Below, in pieces: positions 37,428-50,564 of a stretch of 64,000 nt of DNA. The notes under the pieces are model-generated. The model saw nothing but the letters and a program-made list of their open reading frames with translations, made no database searches and was not told the DNA's origin. How positions within the stretch are numbered: the stretch's first letter is position 1; every line of letters starts with the position of its first letter. The position numbers were made by a program, and so were the translations under genes. This stretch comes from Octopus sinensis (Eukaryota), in assembly GCF_006345805.1 (NCBI RefSeq), contig NC_043000.1:110360001-110424000 (forward strand), written 5' to 3'.

Positions 37428-40374
37428 TTAGGGTGATAGCTAAGCCAAAGTCGTTACATGCTTGCTCAAACAGTTAATGAGCCTTTGGAGGGCTTCTTCG
37501 TGTGTGTTACCAGAGCGGCATCATCAGCAAATAACATCTCCTTGATCAGGACGTTTCTGATTTTGGTCTTGGCACGCAGGCGCGAGAGATTGAACAGTTT
37601 CCCGTCACTTCTACTGTGCAGAACACCCATCATCTATGTCTGAAGGCTGTGTGAAAGTAAAGCGAGAAGAAGATGCCAAACAATGCAGGAGCGAGGACAC
37701 AACTTGCTTTACAAACCCCGTTTTTTATTTGGAAGGGCGGCTGATGTTGAACTTTGTGCTGTATGGGTGCCTTGCATGTCATCATGGAAAGACTTGATGA
37801 TCCTCAGCAGCTTTGGTGGACATCTGATTTTTTGAGCAGGATGAGAGGGCCTGTTCTGCTTACCGAGTCAAAAGCCTTTGTTAGATCAATGAAGGCCATA
37901 TATATGGCATTTTCTGCTCTCTGGACTTCTCCTGAAGTTGGCGTATGGAGAATATCATATCGATAGTTGATCTGCTTCTTCTAAAGCACACTGCGATTCC
38001 GGAATAGATTCGAGAAGCAAGTAGTTGTAGCCTGGCCAGGATATGCGGGCAAAGGTCTTTCCAACAGTGCTTAGAAGAGATATACCACGGTAATTGTTAC
38101 AATCACCACGGTCACCTTTGTTTTGTAAAGCGTAATGATGTTAGCATCCCGCATATCCTGAGGGACTGTACCCTCTTCCCAGCACTGACACAGAAGCTCA
38201 TGAAGGTGCCGAGCAGGATGGTATTTTTGCCGGCTTTGAGATCTCTGAGGGGATGCCGTCTTTTTCCCGGAGCCTTATTTCTTGCTAGGGAGTCAACAGC
38301 CTTGGTGAGCTCTGCTATAGATGGCGGACTGTCAAGTTCGCACATGACTGGGCATCTTGACACTCTCGACTGCAGCCTCAGCCACTGCAGCCTCCCGTGA
38401 GTAGAGATCTTGGTAGTGCTCCACCCATCTATCCATTGCTTGCCTTGATCCCTGATGAGATCTCTAGTAGTTGATTTCAGAGGGGCTGACTTGGTTGCGG
38501 ATGGACCGAGGGCCTTCTTCAAACCGGCATACATCCCACGGGTGTCGCCCCTGTCAGCAGCTGACTGGATATTCTGACAGATTTCCTGCCAATACCTATT
38601 TGCACAGCGTCTGGCTGTCAGTTGGGTTTTATTTCGTGCCTTTCTGAGTTCTTCGAGTGACTTTGTAGAAGAGTCACTCTTGTATTGCATCAGAGCTGCA
38701 CGCTTTGCTTCGATAACTGGCTCCAGCTCTGAGAGCCCAGCATTGAACCAATCTGGGTTTTGCCTTTCTCTCATGCTGAAAGTATCTATTGATGTCGTAT
38801 ACAAGGCTTCCCTGATATAGTCCCACCTACTTTCAGCAGAGGAGGTTGGGCAGCTACTGAGGGCAACCTTGATAGAAGCAGCAAAACATTTTTCGCATGT
38901 AGGGTCCGAGGTTCTGGCGGTGTTGATGCGTGGTCGGCCCTCTTTCTTGGAGCGATGGACTTTTTTAGGCAGATCCTCACTCTACTTCTAATTAGTAGTG
39001 GTCTGTGTCACAATCCGCGCTGTGGTAACTGCGGGTCAATAGAGTAGAATTCAGAAAGGATCTCCGTGTAATGAAGATCCAGCTGATGCCAGTGGTGAGA
39101 TCTTGGATGTCTCCAGGATGCCTTGTGGGATGGCTTGTGGTAAAGAATGTGTTTGTGATGCACAGGTTGTGGTATTTGCAGAATTCGAGTAGTCTCTGAC
39201 CATTGTCATTCATGTTGCCAATACCAAAGTGTCCAACACAATGGGCCACGAATCATGGTCAGATCCCACGCGAGCGTTAAAATCCCCTAGAAGGTAGATA
39301 TTTTCAGTCGTTGGTATATTTTCTATGACACAGTTGAGATCTTTGAAGAACTGGTCCTTGGTCTCCTCTGAGCTGTAGAGAATGGGAGCATAGATGCTGA
39401 GTAGATGTACTGAGCCAGAAGAAGTCGAGAGGCGCAGTGAGAGGATACGCTCAGTGCCTCCTGATGGTGGTTCTATTGAGGAGAGTAGTGAGTTTCTCAC
39501 TGCAAAGCCAACGCCATGTTGACGAGGTTCTTCTGGATCGCTTCCCTGCCAAAAGAAGGTGAAATCCTGCTCTTGAGTTTGCCGTTGAAGGGAGTCTTGT
39601 CTCCTGCAGCCCAGAATATCTATGTTGAGCCTCTTTAGTTCAGGTCAATGATGGCCGTTTTCCTTGTGTCTTCAGTCCTGAGTAGATCATCAGATATTCC
39701 AGGACACATGGTCCTGACATTCCAGCTTGCCAACCGCAGAACTGGTGTTTTCTTGCCTATTAGTTGTTTGCCTGGTGCAGAGGTTGCAGGCCGCTTTTCG
39801 AGTTATACTCTTAGCTCCAAGCACCCAATGGAGCAGGCGGCCTGTGGCGGGTCAGCACCTTATAAACTGGGGGCTGTCCAGCTTGAGGTGGGCAGTAGCT
39901 AACCAATAGGACACGGAGGTCCCTCCCACCGTCAGAGGTAACCCGTAGCGCCCATATTTTACGCCAATCTGAATGGACTTATCACTCGTGACTGTTACCA
40001 TCTCCCGTGTTGTTTCTTCTGCAGCTTTTTACAGCAGCACTGAAGTGTCCTCTCCAGTTTTGCGCAGGCCTGGGCTATAGATAAGAAAGTCCTGGGTAGC
40101 CCAATCGTCAGGTTTCCTCTCTCGACCTTGCTGATGTAGTCCAAGGGAGTGCAGTGCATTACGTTTGGCACCAGCTTGGTTGCAGGAGCTGCCGGAAGAG
40201 TGTCGAGTCGAACACTAGACCATCTTCGGGGCTCCACTCCGGATTTCTTTGAAGGTTGTCTCCTTTCCGTAACCCTGGATAGGGGCCCATACCGGGTACT
40301 GTCAGCCAGAGCCAGCTGAGCCCGGAACTCGTGTCAGGCAGGGTCGTCACTCCCTGAAGTAGTGAAGAAGTTCG
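37428..40374 (-). mobile_element. RTE-clade LINE with 5' UTR, APE endonuclease and RT, frameshifted; 3' end lost in the gap
   Basis: LASWNVRTM (39727-39710), LLGDFNARVG (39287-39270), GQRLLEFC, DCDTDH, KGDRGDCNNYRGISLLS, FIDLTKAFDSV, LFADDA (FADD 37531-37520). Split across several frames. Confidence 0.93.
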
Positions 40375-40431
<57 letters not shown>

Positions 40432-41208
40432 CATATATATATGTGTGTGTGTGCGTGTGTGAGTGTGTGTATACGTCAATAAGAAAATGGAGGGGATCCA
40501 GAGGTAGTATTCATCAAGTTTTAGACATTATATTATGTCTATTTATTTATTTTTAAAAAGAAACAATTATAACAATATACATACATATACAACAGATTAT
40601 GCTTTACATATATAAAAATACCAGTAATTATTAAAATATATAACATAGAAAGTAGAATTCTACAAGTCTACATTCCACATTCTACATTGAGCTTCGTATC
40701 TATAATATTTTCGGTATTAACTATCAACAAAAAACCTTTCTTATTTCTATCGCTCTTTAGACGATTATATAAGTTTATCAGTTGATTACATAAGTAAAAA
40801 ACCCCTTTATTTCAAATTGTTTTCCAAACCTTATTGCTCGTATAGTATCTATTACTAAATTTTCTTAAAGACATTCCAATACCGTGACTAGATAATCATT
40901 ACAACATGTAACAATTATTTTTATCTATGAATATTAGACCTATTATTTACAATAGATACTAACTAAAATTATAAATTTTATAAACCTGAAATTATTAGTG
41001 ATTACAATTAAACATTTTCCCCCAATAATTTCTGAAGTCGAAAGGATGATTGACGGTTAAGTAAAAACTAATTTTGTGTTTGGAAATTCTCTCACACTCC
41101 TTTATTTGGATTCCTCATCGTAAATACAAATACAGCCTGACCAGTTGATATAATTCGTTTATCGAGTATAAGATCGAAAGCTCTTTAAACTTTGTCGCTT
41201 TGTATATA

Positions 41209-41400
41209 CAGTAACCACTCGCCATATCGCGGTTCACCTATTGTGCCCTCAGTATATCGCTGGTTTCTGCGGCCGATAGGTATTTATATTTTTTTAAACT
41301 TTAGTTATTTCTGTGGTAAAATAAGCGTTTTCACACCTAAAAATTAATAAATAAAAATACAGTACAGTACTGTATAACACATTAATTAAAATATATTAAA
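41209..41400 (+). mobile_element. pogo/Tigger-like DNA transposon end fragment
   Basis: TA|CAGTAACCACTCGCCATATCGCGGTTCACC resembles Tigger-type TIRs from memory; no partner TIR found. Confidence 0.5.
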
Positions 41401-41409
41401 AGCAAATAC

Positions 41410-41440
<31 letters not shown>

Positions 41441-41442
<2 letters not shown>

Positions 41443-41690
41443 GGTGGCTTAGTGGTTAAGGTGTCAGAATCATGATCGTAAGATTGTGGTTTCGATTCCT
41501 GGACCAAGCGACGCGTTGTGTTCTTGTGAAAAACACTTCTTTTCGTGTTGCTCCAGTCCACTCAGCTGGCAAAAATGAGTAACGCTGCGAAGGACTGGCG
41601 TCCCGTCCAGCTAGGGAACACATACGCCATAGGCTCTGGGAAACCGGGCCCATGAGCCTGGCTAGGCTTTAAAAGGGCGCATTTATTATT
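41441..41690 (+). mobile_element. SINE family C, best-preserved copy
   Basis: A box TGGCTTAGTGG, B box GGTTTCGATTCC, GCGTTGTGTTCTTG, GGACTGGCGTCCCGTCCAG...GAAACCGGG (resembles V/Meta-type SINE central domains, from memory), ATT tail. Confidence 0.8.
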
Positions 41691-41990
41691 TTTAAAAAGA
41701 AAACACGTAGTGTACCGTAGATGAATAAACAAAGAATTGCACAAACTGTATGGAAAACGAAACTTGGGAGGCGAGTGTGTGGTGCTGTTTTGCATTTGTG
41801 TGTAAAATGGTGAATTTATTCCAAGCCCTACGATGTCGCCCAAATGTTCTGCCCCTTCTAAGGTTTTCTTCCTTGCACAGAAGAAAAAGCAGCGCCAGCA
41901 ACTGCCCAGCACTATGTTCCTCACCCGCAAAACAAAAGAGAAGACACGGGTACTCCTAAGAGTTTGGGGAGAGTTTCTAAAAGCTTAAAT

Positions 41991-42179
41991 GAGTGGCTAT
42001 GTGGTAAGTAGCTTGCTTACCAACCACGTGGTTCTAGGTTCAGTCCCACAGTGTGGCACCTTGGGCAAGTGTTCTTCTACTATAGCCTCGGGCCGACCAA
42101 AGCCTTGTGAGTGGATTTGATAGACGGAAACTGAAAGAAGCCTGTCGTATATATATATACGACGGGCTTCTTTCAGTTT
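41991..42179 (+). mobile_element. SINE family B head ending in a 52-bp fold-back
   Basis: B head and core, then AAACTGAAAGAAGCCTGTCG-(TA)6-CGACGGGCTTCTTTCAGTTT. Confidence 0.85.
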
Positions 42180-42229
42180 GTATGTATGCATATATATATA
42201 TATAATAAAGAGGTAAAGAAATATATAAT

Positions 42230-42298
<69 letters not shown>

Positions 42299-43270
42299 AT
42301 ATAAGATAATAAAAGATAAAAAGATGGCGGCGACGATGTCGACGACAGTCGACAACAACAACAACGAAAACAACATATTTACTATTTCCAATTAACCAGA
42401 CTCCAACTGATTGCTATTTTTTCTTGTTCTTTCTTTCCTACTTTTACACACACACACACACACTTCACGGTCTACTTTCCTTACATCTCTTCAAAATCTT
42501 CCTCTGATATTTTCTTCTTCAATCTTGTTTTTCCTCAGTCCCCCCGCCACCCCTGCCGTCTATCTTTCTTCCCCTCCCTCTCCTGCCCTCTTTCCTCTCC
42601 CTCTCTTTCTCTCTTTGCTCTCTCGAGCTTTTCACTAAAGTCTGTTAAGTTTATTAACACTTCCAAATATATTCTATTTGTGTTTTTATATACGAACAAT
42701 ATATTGTGTATATGAAACTCTGTGTGTGTGTGTGTGTGCGTGTCCGGGGGGGGGGGAAATGTGTTGTTGCATGTCGGCGTTTTCTACCTTAGTGAATAGA
42801 AGTTGGCCCTTTACTTTGATCTCATTAAAAAAAATCTAATGCGTACGGTGACTGCTGTTTTTATAGGGGTTTCTTATGAGGATCAAAAGCTGCTTTATTA
42901 TATCTCTTTACATCTTTGTCTGGTAAAAAAGACACCCGCTTTAGACATCCAGTCGAGACACCCGTTTAAAACAGCCGTTTAATATTATATATCGCAGTAT
43001 GGCAGTCACAATTGATTATATTTCTGGAAAAAAAAAAGAAAAATCGTAATTTTTTTTTTGCTTTTACAAGTAACTTTATTTGTCTCCCTATTTGCCAAAG
43101 TACAAAAATTTTAAATTTTAGAAGACCATGAAATTGATATTTTTTTTGCTAAGTTTCAGCTCAGAGCTGCGGCCATGCTGATGCACCGCCGTTTTGCGAC
43201 ACAGTTATTACTAAGTGCCTCTTCTAATATGTGGCACTTGGCGAAGAACTTATTTTTCATACATACATAC

Positions 43271-43301
<31 letters not shown>

Positions 43302-43782
43302 CATACATACATACGCACATACATACTTTCACACAGATGGATGGATTTCCACTCGGTTCCTGTTGTCTAAAGTAAATATTCCCTCCGGATGTATTGGTCA
43401 TTCCAAGACCACGTTTCAAGATGCCATTGCGCAGAACCGCGTGACTGCGATGCTAAATTCTTTTTTACCACATATCCACGCGACGTACTGTAGTCATAGT
43501 GATTTGGAATTCCAAAGTGTGATGCTTACCGGAACAAAGGAAATAACTCACATCTGAACCAATTTTGTTCGACAAGCCTTAATTGTTTTGTAATCACGTG
43601 TAGGAAGTGAACTCAATTTTGTGAATGTTTATACAACATTTTAGACGTGACATACTTGGTCGCTTCGCTTGGGAGATGATATTTATCTTTCCGAGAATTT
43701 ACTAAAGCGGTTTCGCTTTGTCACATTGAAAATATAAAATTAAAAACATTATTCGCAAAGTTTTTTTTTTCTAGAGATACGC

Positions 43783-43945
43783 AAATGTGGCTGTGCGGTT
43801 AAGAGGCTGGCTTTGCAGCCACATGGTTTTCGGTTTAATTTCAACGCGTGGCATTTTGGGTAAGTGTCGTCCACTGCAACCCTGGGCAGCCGACCAAAGC
43901 CTTGTGAGTGGATCTGGTAGGCAGAATCTGAAAGAAGTCTGTTAT
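43783..43945 (+). mobile_element. SINE family B head, diverged
   Basis: TGGCTGTGCGGTTAAG...GCCTTGTGAGTGGATCTGGTAG...CTGAAAGAAG. Confidence 0.7.
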
Positions 43946-43946
43946 A

Positions 43947-44015
43947 ATGTATGTATGTATGTATGTATGTATGTATGTATGTATGTATGTATGTATGTAT
44001 GTATGTATGTATGTA

Positions 44016-44058
<43 letters not shown>

Positions 44059-44059
44059 G

Positions 44060-44135
<76 letters not shown>

Positions 44136-44145
44136 TGTGTGTGTA
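43947..44145. repeat. Stepwise (ATGT)n, (GT)n, (GCGT)n microsatellite
   Basis: Read directly; occupies the linker position of the upstream B copy. Confidence 0.95.
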
Positions 44146-44424
44146 GTTGTTTCAAAAATCAACAAAAAAGTATACCACCCAGTGAGATATAAATGTCATT
44201 TAATATACAGAGAATTTAAATACGAGCTAATAATAGTTTCCTTCCCAGGAAACACGGTGATTCGTCAGATTTGTATAATGTCCCCTGCATCTCCTGGAAA
44301 ACCTCCTGTTATAGTTCTTATTTGAATAATGTGTATATCAAATGTAAATGGTATATATACCATTTTCAATATATATATATATATATATTATTTATATATA
44401 TATATTATATATAATATATATATC

Positions 44425-44496
<72 letters not shown>

Positions 44497-44689
44497 AGAG
44501 AGAGAGATAGACACAAATGGAAAACAAAACAGACATCACAAAAAACGACCCTTCATCAATTGTTGGCTGTTTTTCTATTCTTATATTTCGAGCATTTAAC
44601 AACAATATACGCTTTTGATAAAACAGCTGCTCCTGCAAAGCAAATTAAATAAAATTTGGGATTTTACAGAGGGTCAAAATTGGTGACTC

Positions 44690-44890
44690 AAACAGCACAT
44701 ATCGTCAGCCACCAAGGGACATGCTCAACTGGTTAAGGTCAAACATCCGACAAGCAAATCTGTGGTATTGAGCTTTTGCTGTAGCCCATCTTTTATATCA
44801 AGACAAAACAACGTACATGATAACACTTTCAATCAGTTAAGATGAGAAGTCATGAGAGCCACTGTCTGGTACTGCATCAGGGCATTTATT
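44690..44890. mobile_element. Interspersed repeat family G fragment ending in (ATT)n
   Basis: About 100 bp shared with 53785-53890 (CGTCAGCCAC.AAGGGACATGCTCAACTGGTTAAGGTCAAACA). Confidence 0.6.
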
Positions 44891-44903
44891 ATTATTATTA
44901 TTA

Positions 44904-44952
<49 letters not shown>

Positions 44953-45174
44953 TACGTTCTATACCAATTAGCAGGGTTGTTGTCTTGGGGTTTGGTGACA
45001 ACACGTCTTCTCAAATCTCAAGAAGGTCTCTTCTTCTTCTTCTTCTTCTTCTTCTTCTTCTTCTTCTTCTTCTTCTCACCCAACGATAACCTAGAGATAG
45101 GCTTGACGTAAATAGATACTTTTACTGACACTCACGCTCGCGCGAGCACACACGCACACACACGCACACACACA

Positions 45175-45219
<45 letters not shown>

Positions 45220-45499
45220 GCATTCTCTTCCACTGTTTGTCAGTTATTTTTTTGTTTTTCGCCTTTTTCTTCTTCTTCTTCTTTTTCTTCTTCTTCTTCT
45301 TCTCTTCTTCTTCTTCTTCTTCTTCTTCTTCTTCCCCTCTTCTTTCAACCGATTCATTCACCGTCTTCTCCCGATCCGCATTTATCTGTTAAGCAACAAA
45401 ATACTCTTCGACCAACGTATTGTAGTAAATACATTCCGGACATTCCTCGTAATCTCGTGACTATGATAATAGCAGAATATTAACCCCCAACTCTGCGTG

Positions 45500-45503
45500 T
45501 GTG

Positions 45504-45544
<41 letters not shown>

Positions 45545-45842
45545 GTATATATATGTATATATTATATATATATATATATAGATATATATTAGTATGTGTA
45601 TATTTGTATATATATTATATATATATATGTATATATTTTTATATATATGTATATATTTGTATATATATATATATATGTATATATTTTTATATATATGTGT
45701 ATATATTTTGTATATTATATGTATATATATGTGTATATATATGTGTATAATATATATATGTATATATTTGTATAAGTATATATATATATATATGTATATG
45801 TATATATGCGTATATATATATATATATGTATATGTATATGTA

Positions 45843-45887
<45 letters not shown>

Positions 45888-45922
45888 TATATATATATAT
45901 ATATATCTATAATGTATATATA

Positions 45923-45956
<34 letters not shown>

Positions 45957-45966
45957 TATATATATA

Positions 45967-46009
<43 letters not shown>

Positions 46010-46070
46010 GTTTATATATATGTATATATATGTATATATATATTTGTATAAATATTATATAATTATATAT
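45500..46070. repeat. Degenerate (TA)n tract
   Basis: Read directly. Confidence 0.95.
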
Positions 46071-46600
46071 AGGCGGCTGAATGGTATAGTCTTTCATCAG
46101 GCATGTTGCTACTGGTAAACAACTTTTGAAATATAGAGACATCACCGTCGCCACCACAATCACCTCACTCCACCCCCATCCACCACCATCATCATCATCG
46201 CCGCCACCGCTATTTCGCCGCAACATTCTTTTCCGTTCTCTTACCTCTTCATGGTAGAACTAACCTTACTAGCAACCAGTACACACTCCGTCACTCATTG
46301 ACACGCACATATGCATACACGCTATCTCACTCACTCACTCACTCACTCACACACACAAACATACAGATATCTTTACCATTTACTTGTTTCAGTCATTAAA
46401 CTGCGGCCATGCTGGGGCACCGCCTTGAAGAATTATTTTTTGAATGAATCGAACCCAGTGCTTACTTTTTAAAGTTTGGCACTTACTCTATGGGTCACTT
46501 TAGCCGAACCGCTGGACGTAAACACACCAACACCGGTTGTCAAGCTGAGGGTGGGGGGAACAAACACAGACACAGCCTCACACACACACACACAATGTTC

Positions 46601-46993
46601 CTTGGGAGGGTCATTGTACCAATAATAAACACACTGGTTTTATTTCACTTCTTTAATTATTATTAGTCAATGAGTTAACCATTTAAGTAATTAATATATA
46701 ATTTGATTAATCGTTCGGTCAATCAATCAATCACTCACTCAATCAATCAGTCAATCAATCAATCAGGTAGGTTGTTGAAGCTCTTTTCATGGCCGTTCCC
46801 GATCTTATCAATAAAATGCTCTCTACTGCAGGTTTCTTTCAGTCCAGTCTGTGTAATTGATTAATTGACAGAACGAATAACAAATTAGTCAGCTAATTAA
46901 CTGGTTAAATACTTAACCAAATGATTAGCATATATAAAGAAGTGAAATAGAACCGGTGTGTGTGTTCATTATTGGCATGATGACCTTCCCAAG
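46601..46993. mobile_element. Fold-back element with degenerate ~56-bp arms
   Basis: CTTGGGAGGGTCATTGTACCAATAATAAACACACTGGTT...TTTCACTTCTTT versus AAAGAAGTGAAA...AACCGGTGTGTGTGTTCATTATTGGCATGATGACCTTCCCAAG. Confidence 0.6.
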
Positions 46994-47186
46994 ATGCAAC
47001 AAATTAACACCAACAATCTTACAAACCAAATGCATGAATAAAACAATTTTCCAATTTTTATTTTTCATATAACGACTGAAAATAGATCTTTTCTAGTTTT
47101 GTTGGTCATACAATAATTTAATAGTTAGAGAGTATTTGGTTTGTGAGTGCAATTTATATGTTTTTTAAATGTAATATTTGATACAG

Positions 47187-47324
47187 GAGTAAAAGAAACT
47201 GATTCTTTGATGGTAATATATGTCGAAAATGCATTTTCCGAAGATGTCAGTTCATGTTCTTTCGTTTTAAAAGTCAATGGACAAGTCTGTGAGGGAAAAA
47301 ATGTTTGGACATGCTTTCCTGTTT
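47187..47324 (+). CDS. Candidate internal exon (138 nt, phase 1-1), unknown product
   Basis: TTTGATACAG|G...TTT|GTAAGA; open frame GVKETDSLMVIYVENAFSEDVSSCSFVLKVNGQVCEGKNVWTCFPV in non-repeat sequence. No homology recognised. Confidence 0.25.
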
Positions 47325-47380
47325 GTAAGAAAATTTTAGGAGATAATAGCTGGCCTTAAAGACAAACAGCAACGAAAGAA

Positions 47381-47925
<545 letters not shown>

Positions 47926-48006
47926 TCGAGATAGATAGAGAGAGAGAGAGAGGGAAGAGGTGAGTGATAGCAATCTATGGCCCATATATTTACCAGTTTA
48001 CGAACG

Positions 48007-48044
<38 letters not shown>

Positions 48045-48461
48045 ACACACACACACACACAATAACATAAACATACGCATGCACAGACATACAAACACAT
48101 ACACAGCCATACGCAAGCATCAAGGCGTCAGTTGTGTCAAGTCTGTGTGCGCAATGAAAGTATAATTAGCTAATTAACTTAGCTAATGACTCGTGTCTCA
48201 GACCAACAGCAGGGATTTAATTTCACTTACATTGATATCTCCTCAGTTTTGTTCTCTTCTGCCAACATTAAAACGTTATCTTTCTTACGTTTTAGCTTAT
48301 TGACGCAGCGAAGATGTGTGACCTAGTGGTTAGCAGTACTAAGCTCATGATCACAATGACGTAGGTTCAATCCCCGTACCCGGTGGTACGTTGTTGTTTT
48401 TGTTTTTAGCAAAACGTATTAATATCACGTTGCTCCAATCTACTCGACCGCAAGGTGTACC

Positions 48462-48694
48462 TATTTCTTTACTACCCACAAGGGGCTAAACACAGAGAGA
48501 ACAAACAAGGACAGACAAACGAATTAAGTCGATTACATCGACCACAGTGCATAACTGGTACTTATTTAATCGATCCCGAAAGGATGAAAGGCAAAGTCGA
48601 CCTCGGCGGAATTTGAACTCAGAACGTAACCGCAGACGAAATACCGCAAAGCATTTCGTCCGGCGTGCTAACGTTCCTACCAGCTCGCCGCCTT
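48462..48694 (-). mobile_element. SINE family A full length, inserted into a family C copy
   Basis: Complete A sequence; flanks 48442-48461 and 48696-48715 match at 17/20; C head at about 48313-48440. Confidence 0.9.
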
Positions 48695-49351
48695 CACTCG
48701 GCAGTAAGGTGTACCGATCAAGGGTTGGGTACCGCTTTCGCTCCTGCAGTTCTCGCAACTCAAATGTTCCTATGAGTCAAGAGTGAGGGACGGGGTTCTG
48801 TCTGATAAAGCGCCAATCCAATTTAATCGGCCGCAAATGTAGTGCGAATGATTCCGCATGAAATCATTGGTGTGCAATGGTTTTAGGAACGGATAGCAAA
48901 GTTTGCACGCCGGGCGAAACGCTTAGCGATATTTCGTTTGCCTTTACGATCTGAGTTCAAATTCTGCCGAGGTCGACTTTGACTTTCATCCTTAAGGCGG
49001 CGAGCTGGCAAAAACGTTAGCGTTTCCAAAATCAGAGGCAACGCATTCTCATCCAGGTAAAAGGCCCCCCCAAAAGATTCGATTTTTCGTCCCCTTCTGA
49101 TATTTATTGTGTTTTTAACACAGCACGTTCATAAGAAAAGTTACTCACTGGATAAATGCCTTTCAACGGTGCATTCGCATTAAGAACGTTACATAGATTG
49201 CAATATATATTTATGGATATATGTGTGTGTGTGTGTCTGTGTGTGTATTTACGTATGTATGTGTTTATGTGTACGTATGATTAGTGTTTATGCATCTCTT
49301 GACACCAAGGAAAATAAACCCTCAAACAGGAATGGAAATAATTGTGCATAT

Positions 49352-49723
49352 TTTTATCTCCACCATTAGCGAAGGCGGAGGTATTGTTTTCAGTCGCGTT
49401 TGTTTGTTTGTCCGTGGACAAGATATCTCAAGAACCGCTGGATGGATTCGGATGAAACTTTCAGGAATGTCTGGCCTCGTGATAGGTACAAACTGATTAG
49501 ATTTAGGGATCGATCCGGTACCGGACAAGGATTCTGAATTATTTGTTATATTTTACTTTCCTTAATTTTTGATAAACGGTCGGGTTCATTTTTGGTATTC
49601 TCGTTTGTGAGAGCAGTCGAGTTTATTTCAGATATTCTCACTTTAAGAATCCTCTCCGGTTAATCGTTGGGAGGACATTGGTGTTGCCCTGGCAGAGGTT
49701 TGCGCTCTCTGAATGCTCTTGTT
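49352..49723 (+). mobile_element. Helentron-associated non-autonomous element (HINE/DINE-1-like)
   Basis: 5' CTCCACC..GGCGGAG hairpin, (GTTT)n, subterminal GGCAGAGGT at 49691, 3' stem GCGCTCTCTGAATGC, T-rich insertion site. Layout matches HINEs from memory. Confidence 0.7.
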
Positions 49724-50142
49724 TCTTCTTAAGTCTACATTACCGAATCATTGTTTGTTTATTTAAATTCGTAAAGACGTTGGTCTCAGCTTATGTTACG
49801 TTTCTGATTAGTAATAAAGATCTCTTAGTGATTAAATATTTTGTTTATTTGTTTACACCAATTACGACATGCCACGCAGAACGTAGAAGCATATATTATC
49901 CACACGCACACACACTCAAGCATTCGCACATTCACACACACACACACATACACACACACACACACACACATACACACACACACACACACACACTGACTTA
50001 CGCACATTCACACCAGCTCAAACACATGTGCACTCACACACACCCTCCCCACACATTGTGATCTGTAGAACAAGCGTATGCCCTAAGTGGCATGTTTAAT
50101 TATACATTCGCACATGTATATACATAATCTATGCACACACAC

Positions 50143-50199
<57 letters not shown>

Positions 50200-50469
50200 A
50201 AGATGCATACACGCGTAAATGATCTACATACACATATCTTAATATGAATGTGCATGTGTGTATCGTTGGCTGTATGTGTGTGTGTGTGTGTGTGTGTGAA
50301 TATATGTATGTTTGTGCATAACGTATCTTATTATGAGTGTGTGTGCGTGTATGTGTGCACGTGTATATGTGTGTGCATGTGTTTATTTATGTATGTATGC
50401 GTGTGTCAAGTTTTTTCTATCAGGCTATTCTTTATCTTACGTCTTTGTGTAATCAGTTGACCCGCTTCT

Positions 50470-50530
50470 GTTTGTATGTATGTATGTATGTATGTATGTA
50501 TGCATGTATGTATATATGTATGCATGTATG

Positions 50531-50564
<34 letters not shown>

